Below, piece after piece: positions 55,601 through 63,190 of a stretch of 64,000 bases of DNA (its first letter is position 1; the number at the start of each line of letters is the position of its first letter). The notes beneath the pieces were generated by a model. The model had not been told where the DNA came from, made no database searches, and worked only from the letters and a program-made list of their open reading frames with translations. The DNA is from a virus. The translations under genes and the position numbers were made by a program. The DNA is taken from the IMG/VR virus record IMGVR_UViG_3300045988_139374, positions 128,001-192,000 of that record. One strand, 5' to 3'.

Positions 55601-56971
55601 AAGTATAAAGCATTCCATAGCAATGCTGGTGATATGTATGAAAAGGCTGCTTCTTTCGGACTTAAAACTGGTTCTACTCCTCAAGCTGGCGCTATCATGG
55701 TTTGGGGTAAACAAGGTGGAGCTGGTCACGTTGCTATTGTAGAAAAGGTTATATCTAGTGATGAAGTCATGACCTCTGAATCTGGATATAATTCTTATGC
55801 ATTTAGAAACAAGAATCGTAAGAAGGGTAATGGAAATTGGGGATCTAATTCTCCTTATTATTTCAAGGGATTTGTTTATAATCCTGCTGTTCAAGATTAT
55901 TATGCTACTCATTCTACTTCTGGCTCTACTAGTAAGAATGCTAAAACTATCTGGCAGAGACTTAAGACTAAGGGAATGTCTGAAAATGGTATTGCTGGTC
56001 TTATGGGATGCTGGAAGAATGAATCGAATTTTAACCCCATTAATTTGGAGAATAAATTCGAAAAGAAGTATGGTAATGATCAGCAATACACTCAGTACGT
56101 TGATACAAATAATAAATGGCCTGATTCTCCTAATGATCATGTCGGATATGGTTTGGCTCAATGGACAGGTGCAAATGGAAATGCTACTTCTGGTAATCGT
56201 AAGCATAATCTACTTGCATACGCTAAGAGTAAAGGAACATCTGTTGGTGATCTGAATACTCAGGTTGATTTTGCTTATGATGAGGTCAAGAATAATTATC
56301 CTAAGGCTTATAGTGCATTGATGAGTGCTTCTAGTCCTTCGGATGGTGCTGCAGCAGCTCTTGGACTTTATGAAATGCCTGGTTGGGGTGTTGATAGAGC
56401 TAAGAGAGATACTAAGTATTATCCGAAACGTAATCAAGCTGCAAATGAGCTTTACAACTCTCTACATGGAACTGCTACTCTTACCGGTACGATTGGTGGT
56501 TCTGGTAGTGCACTTGATACATTGGATAAAGAGGCTCAAGCAATTGAAGCTTCTAGAAGAAACTCTGTATCTAAGAAACCTATTCCTGTTTCTTATGACT
56601 TTACTAAGTCTAAGAATACAGCAAAGAAATTCTCTATTAAGAAGAAAGCAATTTCTAGAGGTTCTGCATCTGATATACCTGAGAATCAAGACATCAATAC
56701 TTCTTCTATGAGTAATGATGAACTTATGCAGGCTATTATACAGTATCTACAGCAAATTGCTAATAATACTTCCAATAATAATACTCTACCTGCAATTCAA
56801 AGTATCTTGAGTGGAATTATCTCGAATATGGGTAGCCTTGCTCAACTAGCAACTTCTGCTGCTTCTAGTGGTGGAAATCTATCTGATAAAGCTGCTCAAA
56901 TGAAAGATAATATCGAACAAGAACTGAATGCAATGAGATCTAAAATGGAAGCATTAGCATCTACTCCGTAA
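46673..56971 (+). CDS. giant virion protein (3432 aa; tape-measure-like or ejected internal protein) with three peptidoglycan-hydrolase-type modules
   Basis: AAGGAGG upstream and an uninterrupted ORF. Gly-zipper hydrophobic segments (AAGGALGALAGAALTGSGLGLVGG). C39/papain-like module at ~54700-55150 (DADGCGPAV..NPHYVVARG). CHAP-like module at ~55480-55870 (SNCVGWVSGRF..GAGHVAIVE). Phage-tail-lysozyme-like module at ~55940-56440 (GLMGCWKNESNF..GYGLAQWTG). Confidence 0.8.
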   Translation: MAKSKNKDNNKTGPIAYAKNVVKSAKYIAVETAKGVNPTLTSYIADNASAAKDMYNAAKDYKGTIRKKLEDSIGSKNTDQLGQIKKDIFSDLKSGKFYNPEREAESMNKLAESWGMTSFDFDMDDDFDLDSDNDDDTDSSTTSSKSNDIDVVTGAIHGLGNQISYHQLITGEGIAGKIGGANIKNTRAMMTNNNRLAGMLNNSLSVINTSILDLHKDLVEPLNGHIQNSTSFYQTATSELAKQTSYLETITKLLTDRFAPVATSKGSGIKETPWEAVMGGDLPNLGNWIKHAKNKSMEDSGMDSLAAIMNPEMLETLLGAGMHSPIALAITMALTSKIQNGPTGKALDRTVNIFRDGMMKVAGQIHKASKNDGILGTIASFFDITPHFNPKMNFGNYNKGRVDWTGKDSKALRDVIPTYLANIEALLSGREAKVFNYETGRFTSASNGFNEFKKSRQANIGNASKGMKEELLQEFIDEDKEKYKNDENHIAYTRESRAVRNLSDDYDKMMSLITLNHIDPSKFDSAQSMLTLLRQRGWINDDPTKGFISNKNARAIARLIFKKKSGVGKMNNAIYSGQIANARFVDTINETNPMFAAVANGSGMTNTHKLKSNLNKNSADAVTMALDDHGNNIFFYLQDYYKQIRVMVDSMSASNFNLSTIKNEIISRFNGGFGNTENSTGTSGNRRQPKKRKESSRASRAAAADAGAGGSDSGFRSLYNFNYDVPNNIAPEIITPEMAEASAGASEREAAIEDPEGRMVYNSSTKRYEAPKASSRGSFLKFKENAKDHSILSIIVDKFNDFMDNTLFGNAPAAFKQKIDEEGGLFGYLQSLPNKIATGLQDLPDKIANKTSELWKKFQESDFGKKFMESSKNIISSFFKDTEQYAERKAQGTLKYLFKNTRFDLDKKEKENEEAINGPIALLPQHAESLIPEDANPEGSYRGGLVNKSGMVSVSKGELIVPAKYNPLYNGGLSDKQREQIEHRNYRNWKKAGGKGKFFGFFAEGGTVGEADNSPNLTDEQANIILNGFKNNKPTVDIANEAGIDEKVIQDMRVEYEKDKLNASLESMKKSFKKFAKVASKVGNAVKNQAKKTSVYQTIEHGVKYVYERAKQSSDYIFGDSDVYKNIKKTGNEVVKAAKADLPKVAAGGALGALAGAALTGSGLGLVGGMAIGAGSIILKNSDTLSEALFGKFDENDKLVKKGILPPKLSKFITDKLPDAAKAGAIGATLGTFGLAPGGIMGGFVLGAGLDLVSNTNAFQNIMFGPKGADGERHGGIAGSIKNRVVDPLIAFTENGMEKIKNFFTTNFVDPVKRFVNPLIDYVKGKAKSIVSDFIDSAKDIVKRTIGEKFDILFGPLVNLAKGLGKKAFRLAKGVVTAPFKALGGVGDALQRHNINAGYTRLSVEEREYWRKEHNKNKFFGLRGKKIKESALDKWELSLDENKRGDLIREANDYLNSPTELKNQKHKARQELRDKITASMPNAGLGEDHALGKKLNRLMNSEDVVKNNDYTKVRKFVEGLNISDEDKEKLKKSIIDTTAKTTKITDKIANFDVNKEQFFREQGLDINNMSSKELRRMRNQLGIDVKNEDEKAKAKSEDRLKELKEKDEKAKKLAEEKRMNMIGNIVDYVSIIAGYVETLMGKTKSSVTGKPFESPSENFETSLMTNEQAKAEEAKSRIGKDTAIDAEFTEVKDDKKKPEIAINADAIDRVVNLATRGVSVAIIAKRLSISVDKVKEIIANNRAAILAAKATGQLDGVGKAGASVKDGGKLIGNNSQDDGEQGIITKIDADGNPMQYMRNAKGELVLNTADAATKTASEEKKKSNELRDRFYGMWVNGGILGKLKDLLSPKQEKEKKKTLLDTIKEKLADAAGAVGGAVSNFLGSSIGTSLTSFLGSLGKDIITNLPSILGTAATVAGAVYLGKNAAGTNNDSGMRKGMDPEERKKEVENSSLFNKFTLGVDSLETRISGKKMTTYDQDDHVSEFFTSKWKKRIGKNALMSFNPETAASATAASKLISKIPIVGKTFGKPLEAGANAASIVGKAGKALTGNFSIIDPDKASTADKGLELVSKISSKALGSVKQILKLISKKLGNSGEWVDSAAESISTALGKAGSKVSGVLSKLTGVIYIAQIALAVEDGFEDARAMSILGIIEKPSLGEKCLAAACNGINYAIPGIGGIIGTSTIFNIVFNVLSNFIKFGTLATKRAEAQETVKQYNEETGHTYNVEEYIYNVLNMSTTQDKVKSWAKNTVSSVKNTITDIKEGKLTVGQAAAKVGKGIVNAGKSAGHWIAGVGKSAVNALDSTKIGHKVVSGVKTVAKAAGEKISSGVDVVKDAVSAFNKMQDKLKATFKSKDTTFADMVNTHVDIDEDNPLAGFTKGVGEVSKVVMIPSLYIGAIGRKLYNDVLKPTGQSLLQAGTDTLETLKSDGQLALQGDLIGLWKNSTTASQDNDMWFIPGMANIGAKVALTGPTMIFGAAKQAWGVIKGIGSGIKAAADTLGASYDAAKGYCSNGDMGGLWTKTDSDKGEEGQTALGSILSATSDSVMKVALTIPTAVNWVGKKLGGLFSNIAAAMPDVGVMVDDLWSFTSSDKNMDDFSKTVDSYKSKDTGVFSLIGNGITTIIGGIMHLAVGFLKPFISLGNKFSNVVNSAGDWVNSKLTSFKNWLNGDDDDSDSKEASGSGSGIHTEQKGNYTKFGNSTIDADGCGPAVASTVLKAWGKKSNIYSAAKYAEKMGYVAGSSKVVDRGTKASYFGDIFSKNGISTRYTDNQSDINSAIASGNPTVLLGKDSQNTSKSNSPFGPNPHYVVARGEDNKGNVIVDDPELKGTALYKKSILKNVKLGAVTGGASGATDIINTGLNAGFNAMANNSSGPMSSIIKTIFSGFSSSSTDASGDSYGDSSAGYVYSGDSPFPIVTSKPSAGDPYISYYNNSNRGGQNTCINGSPTDPVCNVLSNCVGWVSGRFNHIYSVLSGDKTMKYKAFHSNAGDMYEKAASFGLKTGSTPQAGAIMVWGKQGGAGHVAIVEKVISSDEVMTSESGYNSYAFRNKNRKKGNGNWGSNSPYYFKGFVYNPAVQDYYATHSTSGSTSKNAKTIWQRLKTKGMSENGIAGLMGCWKNESNFNPINLENKFEKKYGNDQQYTQYVDTNNKWPDSPNDHVGYGLAQWTGANGNATSGNRKHNLLAYAKSKGTSVGDLNTQVDFAYDEVKNNYPKAYSALMSASSPSDGAAAALGLYEMPGWGVDRAKRDTKYYPKRNQAANELYNSLHGTATLTGTIGGSGSALDTLDKEAQAIEASRRNSVSKKPIPVSYDFTKSKNTAKKFSIKKKAISRGSASDIPENQDINTSSMSNDELMQAIIQYLQQIANNTSNNNTLPAIQSILSGIISNMGSLAQLATSAASSGGNLSDKAAQMKDNIEQELNAMRSKMEALASTP

Positions 56972-56980
56972 ATATTTAAT

Positions 56981-57020
56981 GGGAGTTGGGTGTAATAGCC
57001 CAACTCCCTATTAATATTTT
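56981..57020 (+). terminator. hairpin after the giant gene (probable terminator or attenuator)
   Basis: 10-bp stem GGGAGTTGGG / CCCAACTCCC. The downstream tail is only moderately T-rich. Confidence 0.5.
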
Positions 57021-57041
57021 ATCTGAAAGGAGAATAATATT

Positions 57042-58550
57042 ATGGCAGTCGTAAGCACAGTTGGTGGAACACTAGAAGTGCCTGAATTCACAGAAGATGA
57101 AAGGGCTGGAATGTCGGCTAATGAACTTACAGAAACTGAAAAGTTTCTTGGAGATATTCAGAAAACTACCCAACAACCTAATTTCCATTCTATGTCTACT
57201 AATATTGCTGGTATATTTGGAATGCCTTACCAGTTTTCTGATTATGTAGATCCTTGTATTAAGCTAAATGGAAAAGATACTCATATTGGACGTAAGTTTA
57301 ATGAAAAAATATTTTCCATTATGCCTATTCTATTTTTGACTCCTGGTGAACCTAAATTTATGGCTGACTATGGAAATAAAAAATATAAAGCTGTAAAGCA
57401 ACAGACAGCTGCTAGACTTGCTGGTATGCTAGATGATCCTGGTGATGATGAGTCTAATGAATATGATGAAGGAAGATATTATTCTTTTGAATCCAACTTT
57501 CAAGAATATAAAAAGTATGCTAATGTTTCTTTAAGAGCACTAGCTCTATATATGGGAATTGATAAAGTCAGAATACCTGTTCCTGGTGGAAATAAAACTG
57601 TTAAATTAGGAAAGCTTAATATAGAAGATTTTCTTAATAGTAGTTTTGCAAAACTATTTGGGTCTCAAGTAACAGTTCCTTTTTTCCTTGATGCAGAAAC
57701 TGCTATAAGTGAATCATTCTCTAATGGAACTACTGAATCTGCACTTTCTCAAACTGTAAATCAATTTTCTCAGAATGCTAGAGAAATTCAATTTATTATG
57801 GGATCTAAAGACTTTGGTGGATTAATGGGAAATGTTCAAGATGCAGTTACTGATGTTTCTCAAGCAGTTACTGGAGCAATGTCTGGCATTAGTGATGCTC
57901 TTATGGGAAAAAATATGATTAGTAGGGTTGCTGGAGAATTGACTACTATTGTTACTGGTGGTAAGATCGTTTTCCCTGAGATCTGGTCAGATTCTGATTA
58001 TGATAGATCTTATGATATTAATATTAAACTCAGATCTCCTGACCCTGATCCTGTAAGTATATTCCTTAATGTTTATATGCCTATAGTTCTTTTGGTCTCT
58101 ATGACAGCTCCTAGACAGATTGGAAATAGCTCTAATTCTTATGAAGCACCTTTCATTGTAAGAGCGACTTATAAATCTATCTTTAGCTGTGATATGGGAA
58201 TTATTACTAGCCTATCTATTAATAAAGGTGGATCTGGTAACTGGAACTCTATGGGTATGCCTACATCTGCAGATGTCACTATTAGTCTAAAAGATCTTTA
58301 TGGATCTATGCAAATTTCTAAGAGAATGGGTCTATTGACAAATACTGCTCAGATGGATTATCTTGCTACAATGGCTGGTGTAGACCTTAATGAATTTGAG
58401 CCTACACGACAAATTAGACTTGCATCTCAAATCATTGGTAATACATTTAATGATTGGGGTGATTATGCATGGGGTGGTATTAAAGCAACAGCAAATAAAG
58501 CTGGTGGTAAAATATTCTCTAGATTTACAGACACAAGATATTTGACATAA
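57042..58550 (+). CDS. hypothetical virion-module protein (502 aa)
   Basis: SD AAAGGAG. ORF from the track. Confidence 0.6.
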   Translation: MAVVSTVGGTLEVPEFTEDERAGMSANELTETEKFLGDIQKTTQQPNFHSMSTNIAGIFGMPYQFSDYVDPCIKLNGKDTHIGRKFNEKIFSIMPILFLTPGEPKFMADYGNKKYKAVKQQTAARLAGMLDDPGDDESNEYDEGRYYSFESNFQEYKKYANVSLRALALYMGIDKVRIPVPGGNKTVKLGKLNIEDFLNSSFAKLFGSQVTVPFFLDAETAISESFSNGTTESALSQTVNQFSQNAREIQFIMGSKDFGGLMGNVQDAVTDVSQAVTGAMSGISDALMGKNMISRVAGELTTIVTGGKIVFPEIWSDSDYDRSYDINIKLRSPDPDPVSIFLNVYMPIVLLVSMTAPRQIGNSSNSYEAPFIVRATYKSIFSCDMGIITSLSINKGGSGNWNSMGMPTSADVTISLKDLYGSMQISKRMGLLTNTAQMDYLATMAGVDLNEFEPTRQIRLASQIIGNTFNDWGDYAWGGIKATANKAGGKIFSRFTDTRYLT

Positions 58551-58556
58551 ATAATG

Positions 58557-58588
58557 TCCAGAAGGTATTTAATACCTTCTGGATTTTT
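58557..58588 (+). terminator. rho-independent terminator
   Basis: 13-bp stem TCCAGAAGGTATT / AATACCTTCTGGA followed by TTTTT. Confidence 0.75.
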
Positions 58589-58697
58589 AATTTAATATTG
58601 GAAATAAATGGATATTATAAAAATGAATATAAAGGAGGATATTCAAATAAATATGAATAATTCGTTTTAGATCAATTATATAATAAAGGAGTTGCAT

Positions 58698-59438
58698 ATG
58701 GATTATAATAGACCTGGTAAGCATAATCTTGAAGATTTATATTATTCACTTGATGTTTATTGCTCTGATAATTTTTATCTATTTGATAATGTACCAAGTG
58801 TAATAAGAGTATATGGAATGGAGGGATTTGTAGATCCGCATATTCATATTTGCACAGATGGTCGTCCAGATATATGTATTAAGCTTTATACAAATGAATA
58901 TTTTGGAAGGCCAACTACTATTTTAAATACAAATCAATGTAGTATCTTAAATGAGTTTATTAATAGCCATTGGGATGAATTAATAGATGCATGGGATTCT
59001 AGTGATGGAAATATTGTATATTCTAAATGGGAAAGTGTTAATACTTGTCCAAATTATCTATATATAGAATTGGATAAAAAGTTTAGTATTTTCATTTCTG
59101 ATACAATTGATTTGCCATTTGGAATTGGGCATTTTAGCATTATTAATTCTAACCTTGATGGAATCTGTGTATCTATTGATGTTTCTGGATATAATACAAT
59201 TTATATCGGTTTGATATCTAGAATTGCTATTATCAAGGATAATAAAATTGATAAATCATTTAGAAGTGAGATTTATGATGCAATTAATAATAAAATTAGG
59301 TGGAGAGCTCCAATAAGTAATCCATATCTATATTTGTATCAATATCTTATAATGCATTCAATGCATATTGGTATGAATGTAGGAAATGATTATCAAAAAT
59401 ATTATTACGATAATAAAAAGATTAAAATTATATATTAA
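58698..59438 (+). CDS. hypothetical protein
   Basis: AAAGGAG lies 7 nt before ATG 58698; the track start is TTG 58692. Confidence 0.5.
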   Translation: MDYNRPGKHNLEDLYYSLDVYCSDNFYLFDNVPSVIRVYGMEGFVDPHIHICTDGRPDICIKLYTNEYFGRPTTILNTNQCSILNEFINSHWDELIDAWDSSDGNIVYSKWESVNTCPNYLYIELDKKFSIFISDTIDLPFGIGHFSIINSNLDGICVSIDVSGYNTIYIGLISRIAIIKDNKIDKSFRSEIYDAINNKIRWRAPISNPYLYLYQYLIMHSMHIGMNVGNDYQKYYYDNKKIKIIY

Positions 59439-59452
59439 GGAGAATTTTTATC

Positions 59453-59920
59453 ATGGCTATATTTACTGAAGATTATTGTAATGAGTATCTAAATAATAAA
59501 CCTGTTGTAATTGGTACGATTAGAATTCCGATTGAAGAAGCTATTACTGAAGATAAAATAAACAATCCTAAGAAATTCTCTCCATTGGAATCTTTACCTG
59601 GATATGATGATCTAGTGATTAAGGTTTGGCCAAATGATGATGGAAATATTCCTCATTTCCATGTAGAAAGATCTAATAAGTCTCATGATTGCGCAATAAT
59701 GATCATGGATAATCAATACTTTTCTCATGGAATTCATGATGCTGAACTTTCAGGAAAAGGTCCCAAAATTTTAAATAAATGGCTGATGCAAGTTAGGAAT
59801 GGAAAGACTCCATGGGATGCAATTAAAGAGGCATGGCAAAAGTCTAATGCAAGAAATGGTAAAGTTCCTGATGATTGGCCTCAGCCCGATTATTCTTATA
59901 TTAAGCCTTATAAGGGCTAA
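59453..59920 (+). CDS. hypothetical protein (IPHFHVE motif, possibly DUF4160-like)
   Basis: SD AAGGAG. The motif assignment comes from memory of the family pattern only. Confidence 0.5.
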   Translation: MAIFTEDYCNEYLNNKPVVIGTIRIPIEEAITEDKINNPKKFSPLESLPGYDDLVIKVWPNDDGNIPHFHVERSNKSHDCAIMIMDNQYFSHGIHDAELSGKGPKILNKWLMQVRNGKTPWDAIKEAWQKSNARNGKVPDDWPQPDYSYIKPYKG

Positions 59921-59929
59921 ATAATGTAC

Positions 59930-59975
59930 AGGAGGAGTAGGATACTAATATCCTTACTCCTCTTTATTTTTTTTT
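59930..59975 (+). terminator. rho-independent terminator
   Basis: Stem GAGGAGTAGGATA / TATCCTTACTCCTC (one bulge) followed by a long T-run. Confidence 0.65.
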
Positions 59976-60033
59976 ATTTTTAAATTAGCGATAACGGTAC
60001 AATAAAGAATTTCTGAAAGGAGGTGTGTTTCTT

Positions 60034-60759
60034 TTGAGTAAATCTAGAAAAGAAAAATCAGAAGAATATGATCAAAAATATGGATGTATTCCAAGAGATA
60101 ATGACGAACGATTAGCTTGGCTAATTGATCAATTCAAATTATCTCCAGTAAGAATGAATGATATTATTGAGAAGAAAAGAAATATGGAAACTTTTCTTCA
60201 ATATTATGAATATAAACTCATTCTGTATGAAGATCCAGAAGGTGCTAAGAGACCTAGATTTAGATTAGTAAATAGAAAGAATTATATGAACGTAGCAATT
60301 CAAGCAAAAGATTTCGTTCATGTATATTCTCCTAATGCTGCAGATGATCATAGATTTATGCATAGATTAGTGGATCAAGAGTTAATTCAGTTAAATGGAC
60401 TCATTTCTACACCTATGCAAGTATCAATAAACACATTTTCGCGTACACCGTCTTATTTCAATCAAGCAGATACTATACTTGCCGAAATTGGTCTTCATAG
60501 ACCAATGCAGAAGCCAGATGTAGACAATATTGAGAAAAAATATTATGATGCATTCAATTATAATATTTGGCTAGATGATAGTCTTATTATAGATGCAGAC
60601 ATACATAAATATTATTCAGTATTGCCAAGACTTGAAATATATATTCGATATTTAAATTATATTACCAATGCTTATCAATATAATCAGATAATCAATAGAA
60701 AAGATTATAAACCTGAATTTGGTGTAAGTTATCTAGATAGCATGGGTAATCCAGTATAG
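60034..60759 (+). CDS. rusA: RusA-like Holliday-junction resolvase domain protein
   Basis: QKPDVDNIEKKYYDAF..WLDDSLIIDADIHKYY matches the RusA pattern KPD.DN..K...D....DD......K. Start is uncertain: TTG 60034 has good SD spacing, while the track start GTG 60025 abuts the SD. Confidence 0.5.
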   Translation: MSKSRKEKSEEYDQKYGCIPRDNDERLAWLIDQFKLSPVRMNDIIEKKRNMETFLQYYEYKLILYEDPEGAKRPRFRLVNRKNYMNVAIQAKDFVHVYSPNAADDHRFMHRLVDQELIQLNGLISTPMQVSINTFSRTPSYFNQADTILAEIGLHRPMQKPDVDNIEKKYYDAFNYNIWLDDSLIIDADIHKYYSVLPRLEIYIRYLNYITNAYQYNQIINRKDYKPEFGVSYLDSMGNPV

Positions 60760-60771
60760 GAGTGAATTATA

Positions 60772-61335
60772 ATGGCTATTCCTTTTAGTAAAAGTGCTCT
60801 CAGAAATGAAAAAGATAAAATGGCTAAAGAACTATATGAACAGAAAAAAGCAGCTATAAATAATAATACTCATACTTATGATGAGGATACATCTTCTCTA
60901 AGTGGAACAGCTACTGAATTTAAATTTAGAAAGAATCCAGTAGATGAAGATAAATCTACTGTTCTATCTAAGAATATTCAGTGTGCTAAAGCAGACAAAG
61001 GTAAGTTGCCTATTTCTTTGGTTCCGATGTTTATTATCAAATGTATTGCAGCTATTCGTAAGTATGGTGAAGAAAAATACCATGCTCCTAATAACTGGGT
61101 TCTAGTAGACAAACAAAGATATGTAGATGCAATGTGGAGGCATCTAATTGCATATCAAGAGGGAGAAATATATGATAAAGAATCTGGTCTTCCTCATCTC
61201 TGGCATGCTGCCTGTAATATGGCATTTATCCTTGAAATGGAATCTCCTGATTGGGATGTCCGTAAACAACAGCTAATTGCATCTGATCCTAAACTGCAGG
61301 AACAGCTGAAGAAATATATGGAGGATAATAAGTAA
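60772..61335 (+). CDS. DUF5664-like (dATP/dGTP diphosphohydrolase N-terminal-like) protein
   Basis: ISLVPMFIIKCIAAIRKYGEEKY..NNW....YVDAMWRHL....D.ESGLPHLWHAACNMAFILE fits my recollection of that family. Not verified. Confidence 0.4.
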   Translation: MAIPFSKSALRNEKDKMAKELYEQKKAAINNNTHTYDEDTSSLSGTATEFKFRKNPVDEDKSTVLSKNIQCAKADKGKLPISLVPMFIIKCIAAIRKYGEEKYHAPNNWVLVDKQRYVDAMWRHLIAYQEGEIYDKESGLPHLWHAACNMAFILEMESPDWDVRKQQLIASDPKLQEQLKKYMEDNK

Positions 61336-61674
61336 ATGAACGCAACTTATACTGATGAGATTACTAGTATGATTAGTAATCTTCGAAATAGTATTTATAA
61401 CTCCGATGCTTTTATTCAGAATACTATTAATAAGCTAAATGTTTCTGGATATAATCCTGTATTTAGCTATGATCCTGCTGGTGGTATTAATATCCTAATT
61501 ACTATTGATGGCTTTAATATTAATGCTATCAATGAGTATATCATTGAGATTAAATCTGCTATCTATTCTGCTATTCGAATTGTTAATCCTGATATGACTA
61601 TTACTAATGATATTCTTAGTATTCTATTCAATATAATCTATGCAGGAAATAATACATTAATGGTGAAGCTATGA
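61336..61674 (+). CDS. hypothetical protein
   Basis: ORF from the track. Its ATG abuts the upstream stop. Confidence 0.5.
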   Translation: MNATYTDEITSMISNLRNSIYNSDAFIQNTINKLNVSGYNPVFSYDPAGGINILITIDGFNINAINEYIIEIKSAIYSAIRIVNPDMTITNDILSILFNIIYAGNNTLMVKL

Positions 61675-62273
61675 AACTTATTGCATCTAAAGGTTCTAAA
61701 ACTAAAGCATTCCATTATGCCTATTGCAAATGTGCTAAGAATATTAAGAGTAGTAATATTATAGAATTTAACAGTATTGATGAAGCAGAAGAACAAGGAT
61801 ATTATCAATGCCCTATATGCTCTAGAATTATTGTAAAATATAATGAAGATAGAGTAAATATAGATAATTATTTATGCTCTCATTATCTGAAAATGTATAT
61901 TGAAGGTGGATCGATGTACATTGATAATGTATTTTCTTCTTGGAAAATATGTGCAAGACCTAAAGCAATGGATCTTATGCTATATCATGCAAATACTGAA
62001 AATTATGGTGAGCTACCAATTAAGAATGGCCATCTAATTCATCATTATCATATTCAGAAATATCGTGGTAAATCTGATATTCTGAGTATGCTAAAATATA
62101 TTGTAGCTCATGATAAGTATAAGGTAAAAGTTCTAAATGATTTTAGAAGACTTCCTTGCCATACTCATAAACAGAGACTTATTCATGATGCAGAGATGAA
62201 AAAGTCTCGTAAACTCCAAGAAGTATACAAGAGAAACTTTATTCTTAAAGTAAAGCTAGAATCTGATGAATAA
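61671..62273 (+). CDS. hypothetical protein with a CxxC..CPIC motif
   Basis: ORF from the track, overlapping the upstream stop by 4 nt. Confidence 0.5.
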   Translation: MKLIASKGSKTKAFHYAYCKCAKNIKSSNIIEFNSIDEAEEQGYYQCPICSRIIVKYNEDRVNIDNYLCSHYLKMYIEGGSMYIDNVFSSWKICARPKAMDLMLYHANTENYGELPIKNGHLIHHYHIQKYRGKSDILSMLKYIVAHDKYKVKVLNDFRRLPCHTHKQRLIHDAEMKKSRKLQEVYKRNFILKVKLESDE

Positions 62274-62278
62274 GAATA

Positions 62279-62316
62279 GGAGTAGATCGTAATGATCTAC
62301 TCCTTTTATTTTATTT
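62279..62316 (+). terminator. rho-independent terminator
   Basis: 11-bp stem AGGAGTAGATC / GATCTACTCCT followed by a T-rich tail. Confidence 0.7.
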
Positions 62317-62392
62317 CAAATAGATATTATAAAATTGATAAGAATGAAATCTCTTATCAAAAAATATTAAAAAGAAAGAAGAGAAATATTAT

Positions 62393-63142
62393 ATGAGTAA
62401 GAAGTTAGATTTAAATGACTTTATTGGTAAAAAATATGGATGCTTAACTATTATTGGAATTGCAGAACCGAATACATCTGTTAGGCAATCAAAAGTAAAA
62501 GTTAAATGTGATTGTGGAAATGAATCTGTTAAAGTGTTAGAAAATGTGTTACATTCACTTAGCAGATGCTCAAAAGAGTGTGGAATATTTGCTGATGATC
62601 AAATCATAAAAATGGTAGATAAATATATTGGCAAAAAATACAATCATTTAACAATACGATCATTTGTAAGAAAAATAGAAAATCCTTCTTACAGTGACTG
62701 TTATGGTGCAAAACGGTATATTGTAAGATGCAAATGCGATTGTGGTCGGACGATAGATCTTAATTTATATAGCGTTATTTATGGAGTTAAAACTACATGC
62801 GGGCAATGTAGGCTTTCAATAGTAAGGCATTTAGAATCTCGTAATAAAGATAACGATCCAGTTGTATCAAAATTATATGGTATATATAATCATATGGTTA
62901 AGCATGCTCGCACGTCCACAGGATTTCTCTCTAAAGAATGGTTCAATGATAAAGATCCTGTACCTGCTATTCATAACTTTATGAATTATTGTAGACCACT
63001 ATATGAAAAGACTATGAATGATGGTAATAATAAAAATGTTTTTATTCATAGGATAGACATCAATAAGCCATTAGGACCTGATAATGTATATTTTGATCAC
63101 CATATATTTAATATTCATTATTCTGGTAGAGTGTATTATTAA
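62393..63142 (+). CDS. zinc-ribbon repeat protein with a degenerate HNH_3-like C-terminus (paralogue of 23063)
   Basis: GKKYGCLTIIG..CDCGN, KCDCGR..CGQC, and C-terminal KLYGIYNHMVKHAR..IHRIDINKPLGPDNVYF. Confidence 0.45.
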   Translation: MSKKLDLNDFIGKKYGCLTIIGIAEPNTSVRQSKVKVKCDCGNESVKVLENVLHSLSRCSKECGIFADDQIIKMVDKYIGKKYNHLTIRSFVRKIENPSYSDCYGAKRYIVRCKCDCGRTIDLNLYSVIYGVKTTCGQCRLSIVRHLESRNKDNDPVVSKLYGIYNHMVKHARTSTGFLSKEWFNDKDPVPAIHNFMNYCRPLYEKTMNDGNNKNVFIHRIDINKPLGPDNVYFDHHIFNIHYSGRVYY

Positions 63143-63148
63143 AAAAAT

Positions 63149-63190
63149 AAGGCCGAGTGGACTAAATATCCACCCGGCTTTATTTTTTTT
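63149..63190. terminator. terminator between convergent genes
   Basis: Stem AAGGCCGAGTGGA / TCCACCCGGCTT (one mismatch) followed by a T-run. Confidence 0.6.

Noticed and set aside
47057-56689. Dozens of 60-200-aa ORFs on both strands nested within the giant gene, and likewise within the topoisomerase, helicase and fibre genes
   Set aside because: All are embedded in much longer ORFs that have clear domain content. They have no independent translation signals. Such ORFs are a typical artefact in AT-rich or codon-biased sequence.
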